Positions 8,414 through 17,455 are shown, counted from the stretch's first letter. The stretch is 45,918 nt of DNA from Vibrio sp. (GCA_051650365.1 JBOFIW010000315.1:1-45918), one strand, 5' to 3'. The notes: a model not told the origin generated them from the sequence alone. Program-made: numbers and translations.

Positions 8414-11143
8414 GTCTGGAATGGTTGGGAACAGGCCGAATTCGCGCAGGTTCTCAACGCCCAGAGCGACAAAATTTGCAACGCGCTTACCGTTAATGGA
8501 TTTCTCGTGGCCATCTTTCAGCACCACTTTGGCTTCTTTGAGCTGCTTCTTCAGAATGCGATCGCTCTTCACAGGTAAGCTGTCAAACTTGGCTTTCAAT
8601 GCAGGGCTTTGGCTGATGTGCTGCATGATGTGGCTAGTACGAACCAGCAAGCACAGCTCCCCCTCAATCCAATCGAACGAAAACGGGTGGCGGAAATGCC
8701 CTGCATCCATCTCGCCCAGGATAAGTTCCATAATCCACACCCACGGCTCGCGCTCTGCTTCCGTTTCGCGAATGTGCGCATTCATCTCTGTCACCAAATC
8801 TTGAATAAAGTGACCATAGTTACTCGCTGCACCGGTGAATTCGCAGAGCAAACGCCACGTCAGCATCAAACAGGCATAGTTATCACGCATACGGTTCGCG
8901 CCGTTATCGTCCGGCTTAGCCATACAACGCTTCGAAAGGTAATCAACACACTCGCGGTAGGCGCGCTTCATTTGCGGTCGAGTGTAAGAAGTCAGGTAAA
9001 GGATCCAGTTTTTAACGGGGAAACGAGGCAACTCATCAGGAATCATGTCGCCCTTACGGCCAGTCAAGTCAGAACGCACCAGCTTGCCAAGCAACGATTG
9101 CACCGGCACGTCTTCACCCGCCAACAGCACCGGCGCAATACTCAAGAATTCGGTCATATCCGTACCGCGGCGAGTAATGGTGTATTGGTAGCTCTCTTGC
9201 AGCATGGCCACCGCTTTATCAATCACACCTTGGCCCTGAGCGGAGAGCTCTTCCCAACCTACAGGATGAGAGGTGTGCGATATCGATGTCAGCAAGCGGA
9301 ACTCGGTTTTCAAGCTCTGGCCAGAAAACATGGTGAAGGCCAACGTGCGCTCAAGTGATTTCACCAGCGTTGATTTACCCGCGCCTTTCCCCGCATTCAG
9401 CATGTAGTGAGGCCAAAAACCTAAGAAGGTTTTGATGTGCGCGCCCAAGCCCCAAACCAACAGCATCAACGCCGCGTTGTTTTTGAATGTCGCATGGTAT
9501 GCCTCAATCACACGCAGAGCCTGCTCTGGAGAGCCCGATGGAAACTGTAAATTGTGGTAAGGGCACTGCTGTGTTGGATCAGTAAAGAATGAGTCCGGCC
9601 CTTCGTTTAAAATCGCTTGGCCGTTATGCCAAGCAAGCCCAACAAAGTTAACCGCGTTGCGCTCACCAAGGTGGGTGGCGCGCTCGAGAATTGAGATCAT
9701 CCGTGTAAACTTGCCTGGGTTAAAAATGCCGCCGCCGACCCGACGCCAAACATCGATGTTGTAAAGCTGCTCACGCTTGAGCACAAAACGGGTAAGCTCA
9801 GTTGGTGAATCAGGCGTTTGAATCGTGGCTGAATAAACCTTCGTTGGCTGCAAATCGGGTTCGCCTGTCATGGCCGAATTCGCTGATGAAATCGTTACTT
9901 TCGATAAGCCGGCAATACGGAATGAGCACACATCTTGTGGGATCTTCTGCTCGCCTTCTTCATTGGTGACAATTTTCAAATAGCTGGTGAAATCAGGCTT
10001 CACTCGAAACAACCAATAGAGAGATTGATCGTGATGTGGCAGCGGCAAGCGCTTAAATTGTGCGTTCTCGAACTCACCTTCCTGCCCTGCAATAAGCCAA
10101 GGTTCGAAATAATCCAGCGCATACTTGGTCATTTGCGTACCGTGCTTACGCAGATAATCGTTCAGGTCATTAATCTCTTCCCACTTCCCGCCGGATTGAT
10201 CAACAAGGAAACATGGGATGTTAAGCGCCGTGCATCGCTCATGAACAATCCATGCTGCTTCTGGCCCCGGTCTGTGGCCTTTTCTTGCTCCTTCCGCAAT
10301 CGGCTTGTCATTATCAAAACAACAAACCACACGCTTGCCAGATAGGAATCGCCAGTCGATTTCTTCTACCGCTAATCCACGAGTCGCAATCGCCGTCACC
10401 GGTACTTTCCCTTTACCCTTTGGGTCATAAGCTGCAATGGCAGAGATGGCATTAATCGCAGATTCAACCACAATCACCGTTTTCGCCCTCTTAAGCGCCA
10501 TTTTGTCAGGGATATAGGGATAACCGCGCTTCTCGCCCATCGCCTTAGTTTTGTTGTCACCGTTTAGCGCAGGATCAAAAAATCGAAAATCTATCCCCAC
10601 CACTTCATTGGTAAATAGGCAGCGGCTCGGGAACGTCACTGCAGGGCCACCGTAACCCAACTCACCAGGGTTTTTGCTTGGGCTTGTCCAGTCGCTGTAA
10701 CCGAAAGCGCCGCGCTTTTGCAACATATCCACCACATCAGCAGGAATACCGCGCTCATCAATCAAGTAAGCTCGAGCATCACTCGCAACCGCAGATTGCT
10801 TTTCAGCAACCCATGCCAGTTGGCTTTGAGGTTTTTGTTGCTGAGGGGCAACATCGTCCGTGGGAATATTGAACTCTTCATGCAGCCACTTCATTGCTTC
10901 GCTGGCATCCATCGCTTGACCGCAATAGATCACCAAATCAAGGCATGAACCCTTCTCGCCAGACGTATGATCTTTCCACATCATGTAGCCGGCTTTACCT
11001 GCATCAAAAATACTCACGCTCGGGTGCTTATCTGGGCGGTTGGGTGCGCGGTAGTTACCATTTGGGTCAGGTCTTTCCATACCTAAACGGTCAGCCAATT
11101 CGTGTAAGTCAATCAGTTGTTTTAGTTGTTCTGCGGACGCCAT
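8384..11143 (-). CDS. Primase-helicase replication protein (Toprim plus P-loop NTPase)
   Basis: 'VVESAINA', 'CFDND', 'NDLNDYL' Toprim motifs; Walker A 'AGKGAGKS'; 919 aa. Confidence 0.85.
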   Translation of the reverse strand: MASAEQLKQLIDLHELADRLGMERPDPNGNYRAPNRPDKHPSVSIFDAGKAGYMMWKDHTSGEKGSCLDLVIYCGQAMDASEAMKWLHEEFNIPTDDVAPQQQKPQSQLAWVAEKQSAVASDARAYLIDERGIPADVVDMLQKRGAFGYSDWTSPSKNPGELGYGGPAVTFPSRCLFTNEVVGIDFRFFDPALNGDNKTKAMGEKRGYPYIPDKMALKRAKTVIVVESAINAISAIAAYDPKGKGKVPVTAIATRGLAVEEIDWRFLSGKRVVCCFDNDKPIAEGARKGHRPGPEAAWIVHERCTALNIPCFLVDQSGGKWEEINDLNDYLRKHGTQMTKYALDYFEPWLIAGQEGEFENAQFKRLPLPHHDQSLYWLFRVKPDFTSYLKIVTNEEGEQKIPQDVCSFRIAGLSKVTISSANSAMTGEPDLQPTKVYSATIQTPDSPTELTRFVLKREQLYNIDVWRRVGGGIFNPGKFTRMISILERATHLGERNAVNFVGLAWHNGQAILNEGPDSFFTDPTQQCPYHNLQFPSGSPEQALRVIEAYHATFKNNAALMLLVWGLGAHIKTFLGFWPHYMLNAGKGAGKSTLVKSLERTLAFTMFSGQSLKTEFRLLTSISHTSHPVGWEELSAQGQGVIDKAVAMLQESYQYTITRRGTDMTEFLSIAPVLLAGEDVPVQSLLGKLVRSDLTGRKGDMIPDELPRFPVKNWILYLTSYTRPQMKRAYRECVDYLSKRCMAKPDDNGANRMRDNYACLMLTWRLLCEFTGAASNYGHFIQDLVTEMNAHIRETEAEREPWVWIMELILGEMDAGHFRHPFSFDWIEGELCLLVRTSHIMQHISQSPALKAKFDSLPVKSDRILKKQLKEAKVVLKDGHEKSINGKRVANFVALGVENLREFGLFPTIPDDVREKETNQ

Positions 11144-11414
11144 AAAGCGTGCCCCCTATTCTGTGTAGTTCTACCCCAATTGCGACAGGGCCAAAGTGAC
11201 GTTCTAACTCTTGCTTAACTTGCTGAAACTCAGATGACTTCAATAAGTCAGCCATGGTGGGGTGATTCTGCTGAATGTGTGCCCACACCATCTGCTTTTT
11301 GTCCGGCTCTAAATCGCTGAGAGTGACAGAAGGCATCACGAGTCGAATTAGAACCGGTTCGGAGTACCAGAGCGGACATTTCCACCCCGGATAAGCATTA
11401 AAGGTCGCAGGCAT
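11109..11414 (-). CDS. Hypothetical phage protein
   Basis: In the early operon; start may instead be 11336. Confidence 0.6.
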   Translation of the reverse strand: MPATFNAYPGWKCPLWYSEPVLIRLVMPSVTLSDLEPDKKQMVWAHIQQNHPTMADLLKSSEFQQVKQELERHFGPVAIGVELHRIGGTLYGVRRTTKTTD

Positions 11415-11697
11415 AAATCCGCCTTAAGCAGGCTGACGCAAGCCAAAGCTCTTCACTCAAGTTACAGCTGTGCGTCAGTTGCTGTTTCTCTACTTGCTCA
11501 GGTGGTACATGCTTCATCTCTTCCACATCGAGCTTAATGTGGCCTTGCTGCTCCCAGGCTGAGAACACAACATCCAACTCATCCATAAACGCTTGGCGGT
11601 TGATATAGCCCTGCTGACGAACCATCTGGTTTTCAAGCTTGAAAAGACAAGCACGTTCAGGCGCACTGAGCTTGGTCGCGGCGATTAGGTTAGGCAT
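11398..11697 (-). CDS. Hypothetical phage protein
   Basis: ATG at 11697 with GGAGG RBS; 'CNLSEELWLASACLRR'. Confidence 0.7.
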   Translation of the reverse strand: MPNLIAATKLSAPERACLFKLENQMVRQQGYINRQAFMDELDVVFSAWEQQGHIKLDVEEMKHVPPEQVEKQQLTHSCNLSEELWLASACLRRIYACDL

Positions 11698-12001
11698 GCG
11701 CACCTCCCAAATACCAGCTAGCGAGCTTGCGTGTTGGGCGCAGTTGGTAACGCGCCCACACCGAGTGCTCATTCAACATGCTGAGGAAAGTGTCCAAGTA
11801 ACACTCAGGCACACCGTCACTAATCAGCCACAGCCGGATATCGCCTGGATAAACCCCAAGGCGATCCGCCACATATTCCGTTACTTCACGAGAGCTCCCT
11901 TTACTTGAGAAACGATGCAAATTGACGTTACGCAAAGCGGCAGAAAGCGCATTGCGACGCATCGTAACCAAGGCTTCATCTAACGTGATTTGAACTTCCA
12001 T
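11690..12001 (-). CDS. Hypothetical protein, possible HTH DNA-binding
   Basis: GAGGAG RBS; 'VADRLGVYPGDIRLW' is HTH-like. Confidence 0.65.
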   Translation of the reverse strand: MEVQITLDEALVTMRRNALSAALRNVNLHRFSSKGSSREVTEYVADRLGVYPGDIRLWLISDGVPECYLDTFLSMLNEHSVWARYQLRPTRKLASWYLGGAHA

Positions 12002-12015
12002 GCTTACTCCTCAGT

Positions 12016-12228
12016 TCAGTAGTGGGTTGAAAACGCCGCTACAACACGGTCTTTGCTAACAATCACAGGGGGTTCACCAACCATCTTCACCACAACGTTC
12101 GCCCCTTTATCTTCACACCACTCCACCAAAGCGGCGGTGACTCGATTGCCTTCAAAACTGATCACGTGGCCACGGCTGATTTGTTCGGCTGGCATTTGCC
12201 AAAATTGCGGTTCAATTAGCGGAAACAT
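12016..12228 (-). CDS. Hypothetical phage protein
   Basis: 70 aa, GGAGG RBS, overlaps the recombinase stop. Confidence 0.65.
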   Translation of the reverse strand: MFPLIEPQFWQMPAEQISRGHVISFEGNRVTAALVEWCEDKGANVVVKMVGEPPVIVSKDRVVAAFSTHY

Positions 12229-12917
12229 GTGCTGGCCTCCCGCATTGCTACGGCAATGGACTCTTTATCCGGTGCGGTATAAATCGCCGTGGTAGAAAGG
12301 TTGGAATGCCCAAGCACAGCTTGAACACGGCGCAACGCATCCGGTGATGTGGTTCGCCCTAAAAAACGAATCGCCCAGGTATGGCGCAGCCAGTGCGGTG
12401 TACCATCTGGCACATTGGCTAACCGGCACCATGTAGAGAAACGGGCTTGGAATGAACGGCGACTCATCGCTTGACGATTACGGCTCAAGAACAATGGGCG
12501 CTCTTGCCGTGGAATGTCCCACTCAATCGTTGCCGCCATTTCTTCATGAATTTTTAAAAGCTGTTTCAGGGCATGAATAGCCGATTTGTTTAAAGCGATC
12601 GGATGCTTTTTCTGATTTTTCGCGTTCTCGCGGCTGTAAATCAGGTAACCCTCTTCAAGGCTTTGCTCCGCTTCTCCCACTGTTAAACCAACCATTGGCA
12701 GGTTATAGCGCTTAGCCTTTTCGGCATCCGGGCCAGCAAGCACACCTAATCGCACGGCAGTTTCACGCATCAGCAGCATCCAGTAATAATCACGCTGCGC
12801 GTAAATGCCGTAGGTTTGCTTCACCGTGTTGAACAAGCGCTTCTCTTCTTGCTCAGTGAAATAGTGCAAAAAATATTGAATGGATGATGCAGAGTTATTC
12901 ATTGCTAAGGTTGTCAT
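12216..12917 (-). CDS. Tyrosine recombinase, catalytic domain only
   Basis: 'ETAVRLGVL', 'HWLRHTWA', 'LGHSNLSTTAIY'; 233 aa with no N-terminal SAM-like domain; AGGAGG RBS. Confidence 0.85.
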   Translation of the reverse strand: MTTLAMNNSASSIQYFLHYFTEQEEKRLFNTVKQTYGIYAQRDYYWMLLMRETAVRLGVLAGPDAEKAKRYNLPMVGLTVGEAEQSLEEGYLIYSRENAKNQKKHPIALNKSAIHALKQLLKIHEEMAATIEWDIPRQERPLFLSRNRQAMSRRSFQARFSTWCRLANVPDGTPHWLRHTWAIRFLGRTTSPDALRRVQAVLGHSNLSTTAIYTAPDKESIAVAMREASTCFR

Positions 12918-12946
12918 GGCCTACCTCCTTTGGCTTCGCCGTTGAA

Positions 12947-13426
12947 TTAACCGTTAACCAGTGCGCGCAAACGCTCAAGCAGCTCAAGTGCTGCCGCAAA
13001 CGTATGTTGCAGTTCGCGCTCAATACGCTCGAATTCTTGAAGCTCGATGTCCCCATCTTCTAAGGCATCGGCAATGGCGCGGTTCACATCGCCGATTTCG
13101 GCGTGCCAACGGCTGTAACAGTTGAGCAGTTCCACATCAGAAATCGCTCGGTAGTCACCAAGGTAGTAAATGGAATAATTCAGCTCGGAAGCAATGGAGC
13201 GGAGGATTTGCACATCTTTCGTGAACAACATCAGCTTGATGGCATCAAACAAACCCAGTTTGTGGCTGGACTGATTAGGGTTGATCTCGTTAAGCAACAC
13301 ACCCGGTCTTTTGTTTAGGTGCTGCTCAACGGATTCGGTATTACCATGCTCTTTCAGCGTTTGGTATAAAGCGTGTACCACCTGCGGGAAAGTGCAGGCA
13401 GATGAAGGAACGATAGCAGTTTGCAT
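12947..13426 (-). CDS. Phage regulatory protein, CII family (186/P2-like)
   Basis: 'VLLNEINPNQSSHKLGLFDAIKLM', 'ALEDGDIELQE'. Confidence 0.75.
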   Translation of the reverse strand: MQTAIVPSSACTFPQVVHALYQTLKEHGNTESVEQHLNKRPGVLLNEINPNQSSHKLGLFDAIKLMLFTKDVQILRSIASELNYSIYYLGDYRAISDVELLNCYSRWHAEIGDVNRAIADALEDGDIELQEFERIERELQHTFAAALELLERLRALVNG

Positions 13427-13575
13427 CGTAAGCTCCTTAAAATTGATACGTTTCCAATTTCAAAAGCCTGCGCTACAATCTACCCCAAGGATGAAATGGT
13501 GTTGGAGCCGTGAGCATAGAGGTTGTGGCCTCGCTCGTTATCCTAGTGGTTGACTGTCTAGACAGACTTCTACGG

Positions 13576-13608
13576 CCCTTACTGATTGCCGTTAGTAAGG
13601 GTTTTTTT
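13576..13608 (+). terminator. Intrinsic terminator on the + strand, antisense to the cro-cII transcript
   Basis: CCCTTACTGA-TTGCCG-TTAGTAAGGG-TTTTTTT; the G.U pair favours the + strand. Confidence 0.7.
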
Positions 13609-13615
13609 ATGCCTG

Positions 13616-13804
13616 TTACATTCCCCCACTCAATGGTGGCAAACCTAACTCCTCCTCTTTCTCATCAACTGCTTTTTTCAGAAGAATACGGGTCATTTGT
13701 GCCAGTTTTCGGGAATCCAACGTTGCTAAACGTTCAATCCGTTGTCTTAAATGTAAATCGCGAGTGGCAATAACATCCATATTTGGACTTGAATTGGTAC
13801 TCAT
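13616..13804 (-). CDS. Cro-position small regulator, ribbon-helix-helix-like
   Basis: Divergent from the repressor; 'LRQRIERLATLDSRKLAQMTRILLKKAV' is Arc/RHH-like; GGGAG RBS. Confidence 0.7.
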   Translation of the reverse strand: MSTNSSPNMDVIATRDLHLRQRIERLATLDSRKLAQMTRILLKKAVDEKEEELGLPPLSGGM

Positions 13805-13938
13805 GGTCTCTCCCATCTGTGATAGACTAGATTTTTGAAACAAATGAAAACTAGATAATCCAAATAATTAACTTGTTAACATTTGAAATGAATAATAGAT
13901 CCAAAAATGGACTAAAACAAGCCGAAGAAGGTAAAAAT

Positions 13939-14745
13939 ATGGAACTTTCTTTTGAGGAGCGTCTCAGCTTTATTCTTCAAGACCGAAAGCAGACACCATG
14001 GGGAAAAGGACTAGGGTTCACTGGCGCATCAATTTCACACATTTTTTCTGGGGGACGCATTCCTGGCCCTGAATTTCTCCAAGCCATTCGTAAAGCTGAG
14101 AACGTCAACCTGAACTGGTTACTGACTGGTGATGGTTCACCATTTGTTGTTGAATACTTCCTCTCTGCAGATGCTTTATCTGATTACTTATCTGCCATGC
14201 TCCACGAAGAAGAGTGGGTTGTTCATGTTTGCTCATACCAAGACATTGCTTGCATCGTACTCACCCAGCCCGGGCAATATGAATTCAAGGGGAAATGGAT
14301 CGATTATCGAATTGTGCATGTTTTGGTTGGCCCTGGTGATGAGGTCATCACTGAATTACTGCATGATTACCACCGTGGACAACACGCCATCTTCGTCTCA
14401 GAACTCACCGAAGAACAACGACAAGCCATTATCCGTGGACAAGTTGGCACTTACCTTATGCTCGAACAGATGAACCCCATGCTGAACACCGTGAGAGTGG
14501 AAACCCACATATCTCAAATTGAGTTCACTGGTGGGGAACGTACAGAAAAACCCGTTGATATCGCCATCATGCGTGCCGTGGTTCGATTAGTGGATGAATG
14601 TGAACAAGAACTTAGAACCTCGCTCACCAGTAATGAGCGAGCCAGAGTTATCACTGCCGTTTACCGTCAAGCTGAACGCCTTAAACTCTCAGAAGAAGAA
14701 ATACAGGCTGCAATCGAAACCTCGTTTGATGTCCTGAGTGACTGA
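13939..14745 (+). CDS. CI-like immunity repressor (N-terminal XRE HTH)
   Basis: 'PGPEFLQAIRKAENVNLNWLLTGDG'; divergent from the cro-like gene; no recognisable S24 peptidase. Confidence 0.75.
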   Translation: MELSFEERLSFILQDRKQTPWGKGLGFTGASISHIFSGGRIPGPEFLQAIRKAENVNLNWLLTGDGSPFVVEYFLSADALSDYLSAMLHEEEWVVHVCSYQDIACIVLTQPGQYEFKGKWIDYRIVHVLVGPGDEVITELLHDYHRGQHAIFVSELTEEQRQAIIRGQVGTYLMLEQMNPMLNTVRVETHISQIEFTGGERTEKPVDIAIMRAVVRLVDECEQELRTSLTSNERARVITAVYRQAERLKLSEEEIQAAIETSFDVLSD

Positions 14746-14787
14746 TTCTTTTCTTGCCGATGTGCTAACGCTTGTTCTAATCGTAAC

Positions 14788-14824
14788 AACGCCAGAGCTA
14801 ACACTTGTTGCTCTGGCGTTTTTT
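14788..14824 (+). terminator. Terminator after the repressor
   Basis: AACGCCAGAGC...GCTCTGGCGTT followed by TTTT. Confidence 0.75.
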
Positions 14825-15000
14825 CATTGAATGACCTAACCATTTGTACCCTAATTTTAGTGTTTCTCTTTTTGAGTACAGTTTACTGATTTTTGCAACG
14901 TAAGTTGCTGTGCCACCCGTCACATAGCGAATGTGTAGACGCTGCACTAGAGAATAGAGACGGATTGTCTCCGTTCAACTAGCGGTGTTTTTTTCCCTGT

Positions 15001-15339
15001 ATGATGCGCGGCGAAATGAAGAATCTAAGACTCAAACAAGCGAGGGTGGCGGCAGGATTGTCCAGGGAAAAAGTTGCAGCAGCTATGCACAAATCGCCAC
15101 ACACCATCAAATCCTGGGAAACAACCTCACGTCAGCCAAGAACGCTACGTGAGGTTGAACGCTTGTGCGCGATTTTAGATATTACAGTGAACTGGTATCT
15201 CACTGGCCAGCAGCCAATGAGACCGATAAAACAAGGCGAGAAAGAAAGGGAATTGCTTCGGCTTTTTGCAACGCTGTCACCACGTCAACAAGATGCTGTA
15301 TTAGAGTTAATAAGGGTGTTTGAGCACTCAACAGATTGA
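15001..15339 (+). CDS. XRE-family HTH regulator
   Basis: 'RLKQARVAAGLSREKVAAAM...IKSWE...ITVNWYLTG'. Confidence 0.85.
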   Translation: MMRGEMKNLRLKQARVAAGLSREKVAAAMHKSPHTIKSWETTSRQPRTLREVERLCAILDITVNWYLTGQQPMRPIKQGEKERELLRLFATLSPRQQDAVLELIRVFEHSTD

Positions 15340-15342
15340 TTC

Positions 15343-16263
15343 CTAATCTCGATTCAGACTTGTGATTTCAATAAGTGGGCTTACTGCTTCAGCAATTGCC
15401 TTATCGAGCTCATCAAATTTATCGCTTATATCATTTAAATAGCTAGAAAACTGTCCTTTGAGCTGGTCAAGTGAAAGCGATATCTGTTGGTCTAGCCGTT
15501 GATCATGCTTAGGCGCAGCTAAAGACATTAAATTATCTCTCTCCGTTTGAATCATTTTCTTTACATCAATCCCTGGTAGTCCATGTGATAACCATCGGAA
15601 GTGTGGAGCACCTAATTTCTCAATGACATTTTTTGATAACCTAAGAAGCTCTGCATTCAGTTCTTTTTGCGCTAAATATTGCTGGCTAAAATCTGCCGCC
15701 CTTCTCTTTGACTCGTTCAGTTCTTCATCTAGTTTTTTATTGGAAGCATCGAGCATTGAGTAATTGCTGCTAGCAATCGACAACTGACTTTCCAGTTCAC
15801 GCTGTTGGGCTATTAAGTGTGAAACTGTTTCTTTTAGCTGAATGATTTGTCGCCCTGCCTCTTCGGCACGATTTCGATGTAACTCTTGCCAATATTCCAA
15901 GCTGGCTTTGCTTTGTTGCTGAGCGACCTTAGCTTGACCAAGATATTTTTCATGCAGATGCTGATGGTGAGTTGCCGTTCTGCGCTTATCAACAAGCCTA
16001 TACTTAACGATATCAATCCCCCACTGAGCTAATGGCACAATAAACAAGTAGGCAAGAGCCAGCGCTAATGGCAGGAGCAAATCACTATTTAGGTTAAATG
16101 GAGTGCTCTCAATCAACGCTATGCGTTGGGTATTGTCTGAGAACAATAACTTGGCTACATGATCATGGTTATAAGCCAACCAAGACAGCACAAAGGTACC
16201 AAGTAATGGGGTTTTCATTCGACTGGACATTTCAGAAAAGACTGAGGAAAGAAAGCTTTGCAT
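15343..16263 (-). CDS. Accessory membrane protein (2 TMs plus long coiled coil)
   Basis: 'RMKTPLLGTFVLSWLAYN' TM, second TM, heptad-rich C-terminus; preceded by a terminator. Confidence 0.75.
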   Translation of the reverse strand: MQSFLSSVFSEMSSRMKTPLLGTFVLSWLAYNHDHVAKLLFSDNTQRIALIESTPFNLNSDLLLPLALALAYLFIVPLAQWGIDIVKYRLVDKRRTATHHQHLHEKYLGQAKVAQQQSKASLEYWQELHRNRAEEAGRQIIQLKETVSHLIAQQRELESQLSIASSNYSMLDASNKKLDEELNESKRRAADFSQQYLAQKELNAELLRLSKNVIEKLGAPHFRWLSHGLPGIDVKKMIQTERDNLMSLAAPKHDQRLDQQISLSLDQLKGQFSSYLNDISDKFDELDKAIAEAVSPLIEITSLNRD

Positions 16264-16330
16264 CTAATTTAGGCATCTACGTTTATCACCAATATCGCGA
16301 TAATACTCATCAATATGCCTAAAGTTCAAT

Positions 16331-16361
16331 AAAAAAGGCGGACTCTTTAGTCCGCCTTTTT
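16331..16361. terminator. Intrinsic terminator
   Basis: AAAAAGGCGGACT-CTTT-AGTCCGCCTTTTT. Confidence 0.85.
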
Positions 16362-16375
16362 AACTTAAAAAACTA

Positions 16376-16948
16376 TCACGCCATAATTTTGTCATTGGGG
16401 CAAAGATCACCACCACGAATGCTTGTGCCTTTATCAACAAAACATAGGTCAGCCATAAGGTTAGCTGTATCTTTTACTCTATTGTAGATCGTTCCAAACA
16501 ACTTTAGAACAAGTACAAACGGCAAAAAGTAAAGCACAAACATTAATGAGTTCATTGCAAGAACTCTTTCAAGTACACGATTAACTGCAAAAAAGATCTC
16601 TTTCGGCGCCTTGTCTGATGCATTTTCAATCAGATGATAAAAACGCTTAAAATCTTTACTACTTTCTTGACTACTTCTTGTAACAGCCGCAACTTTTAGA
16701 AAATTAGTAAAGGTCATTAGATGCAAACGATTCAAAGAGCGATTGATCCCATCATCAACTTCTTTGAATGCACGAAGTGTACTCTTATCTGCATGGCCTT
16801 GAATTTCTACTAAACGAGCTCTTAACTCATCTCTGAGTATAAAAAGCTCATCTCTTGCTTTTTGACGATAACTAGGTAATACAATCGCTTGATAAATGTA
16901 ATGTACAAAACAAATCAAAAACAGTATTACGCCAACATACTGCACCAT
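16376..16948 (-). CDS. Accessory membrane protein
   Basis: N-terminal TM and a second TM near residue 135; AGGAG RBS; AT-rich. Confidence 0.75.
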   Translation of the reverse strand: MVQYVGVILFLICFVHYIYQAIVLPSYRQKARDELFILRDELRARLVEIQGHADKSTLRAFKEVDDGINRSLNRLHLMTFTNFLKVAAVTRSSQESSKDFKRFYHLIENASDKAPKEIFFAVNRVLERVLAMNSLMFVLYFLPFVLVLKLFGTIYNRVKDTANLMADLCFVDKGTSIRGGDLCPNDKIMA

Positions 16949-16975
16949 AGCTCATCTCCTTTAGGACAACTGAGT

Positions 16976-17341
16976 CTAGCTATCACTAGAGTTTAGCACG
17001 GTCTTATTTGCCGCTTCTTGCTGTAATCTGGACTTTTCAAGCCCTATTCTTTTATATTCGGCGCTGTGCTGTCTTCTCATTAATCGAGCATGACCCGCCC
17101 ATAAAACACCGACTACGATGCTTAAGACCCATCCCATTAAGGAAAAGTTCTTAAAACCATCAACAATACCTAAACCAAACTCGTACACTTTGTCTTCTGG
17201 CATCTTGAAGATCAAAGCGATAACAATTAAAAAAAACAACACAGGCAGTAGTTGCCCTCTATCCATAGATCTTAAGATAATGTCTCTGAACGCTTGAGCC
17301 CACGTAACGCTTTGTTGCTGTTTTTTTGCTGGTTTAGTCAT
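16976..17341 (-). CDS. Accessory membrane protein (2 TMs)
   Basis: 121 aa, two hydrophobic segments, AT-rich, upstream of the 190-aa gene. Confidence 0.75.
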   Translation of the reverse strand: MTKPAKKQQQSVTWAQAFRDIILRSMDRGQLLPVLFFLIVIALIFKMPEDKVYEFGLGIVDGFKNFSLMGWVLSIVVGVLWAGHARLMRRQHSAEYKRIGLEKSRLQQEAANKTVLNSSDS

Positions 17342-17455
17342 AACACACCGTATGAAACATAGTACATAGGCAATGTTAACATTGGAAAGATGATACTACA
17401 AATTCATTCTTGTTTTTCACACATAGTCTCACTTTAGAATAAATTAACAATGATT

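Noticed and set aside
8421-11145. Long + strand ORFs opposite the primase gene (e.g. 8609-9358), and similar ones opposite tape measure, capsid and terminase genes
   Set aside because: Antisense shadows of well-supported genes with no recognisable motifs.
13510-13773. Hydrophobic + strand ORF (MSIEVVASLVILVV...) as a type I toxin
   Set aside because: GGAG is only 2 nt from the GTG, and the frame runs through a terminator and antisense into the cro-like gene; the RNA interpretation fits better.
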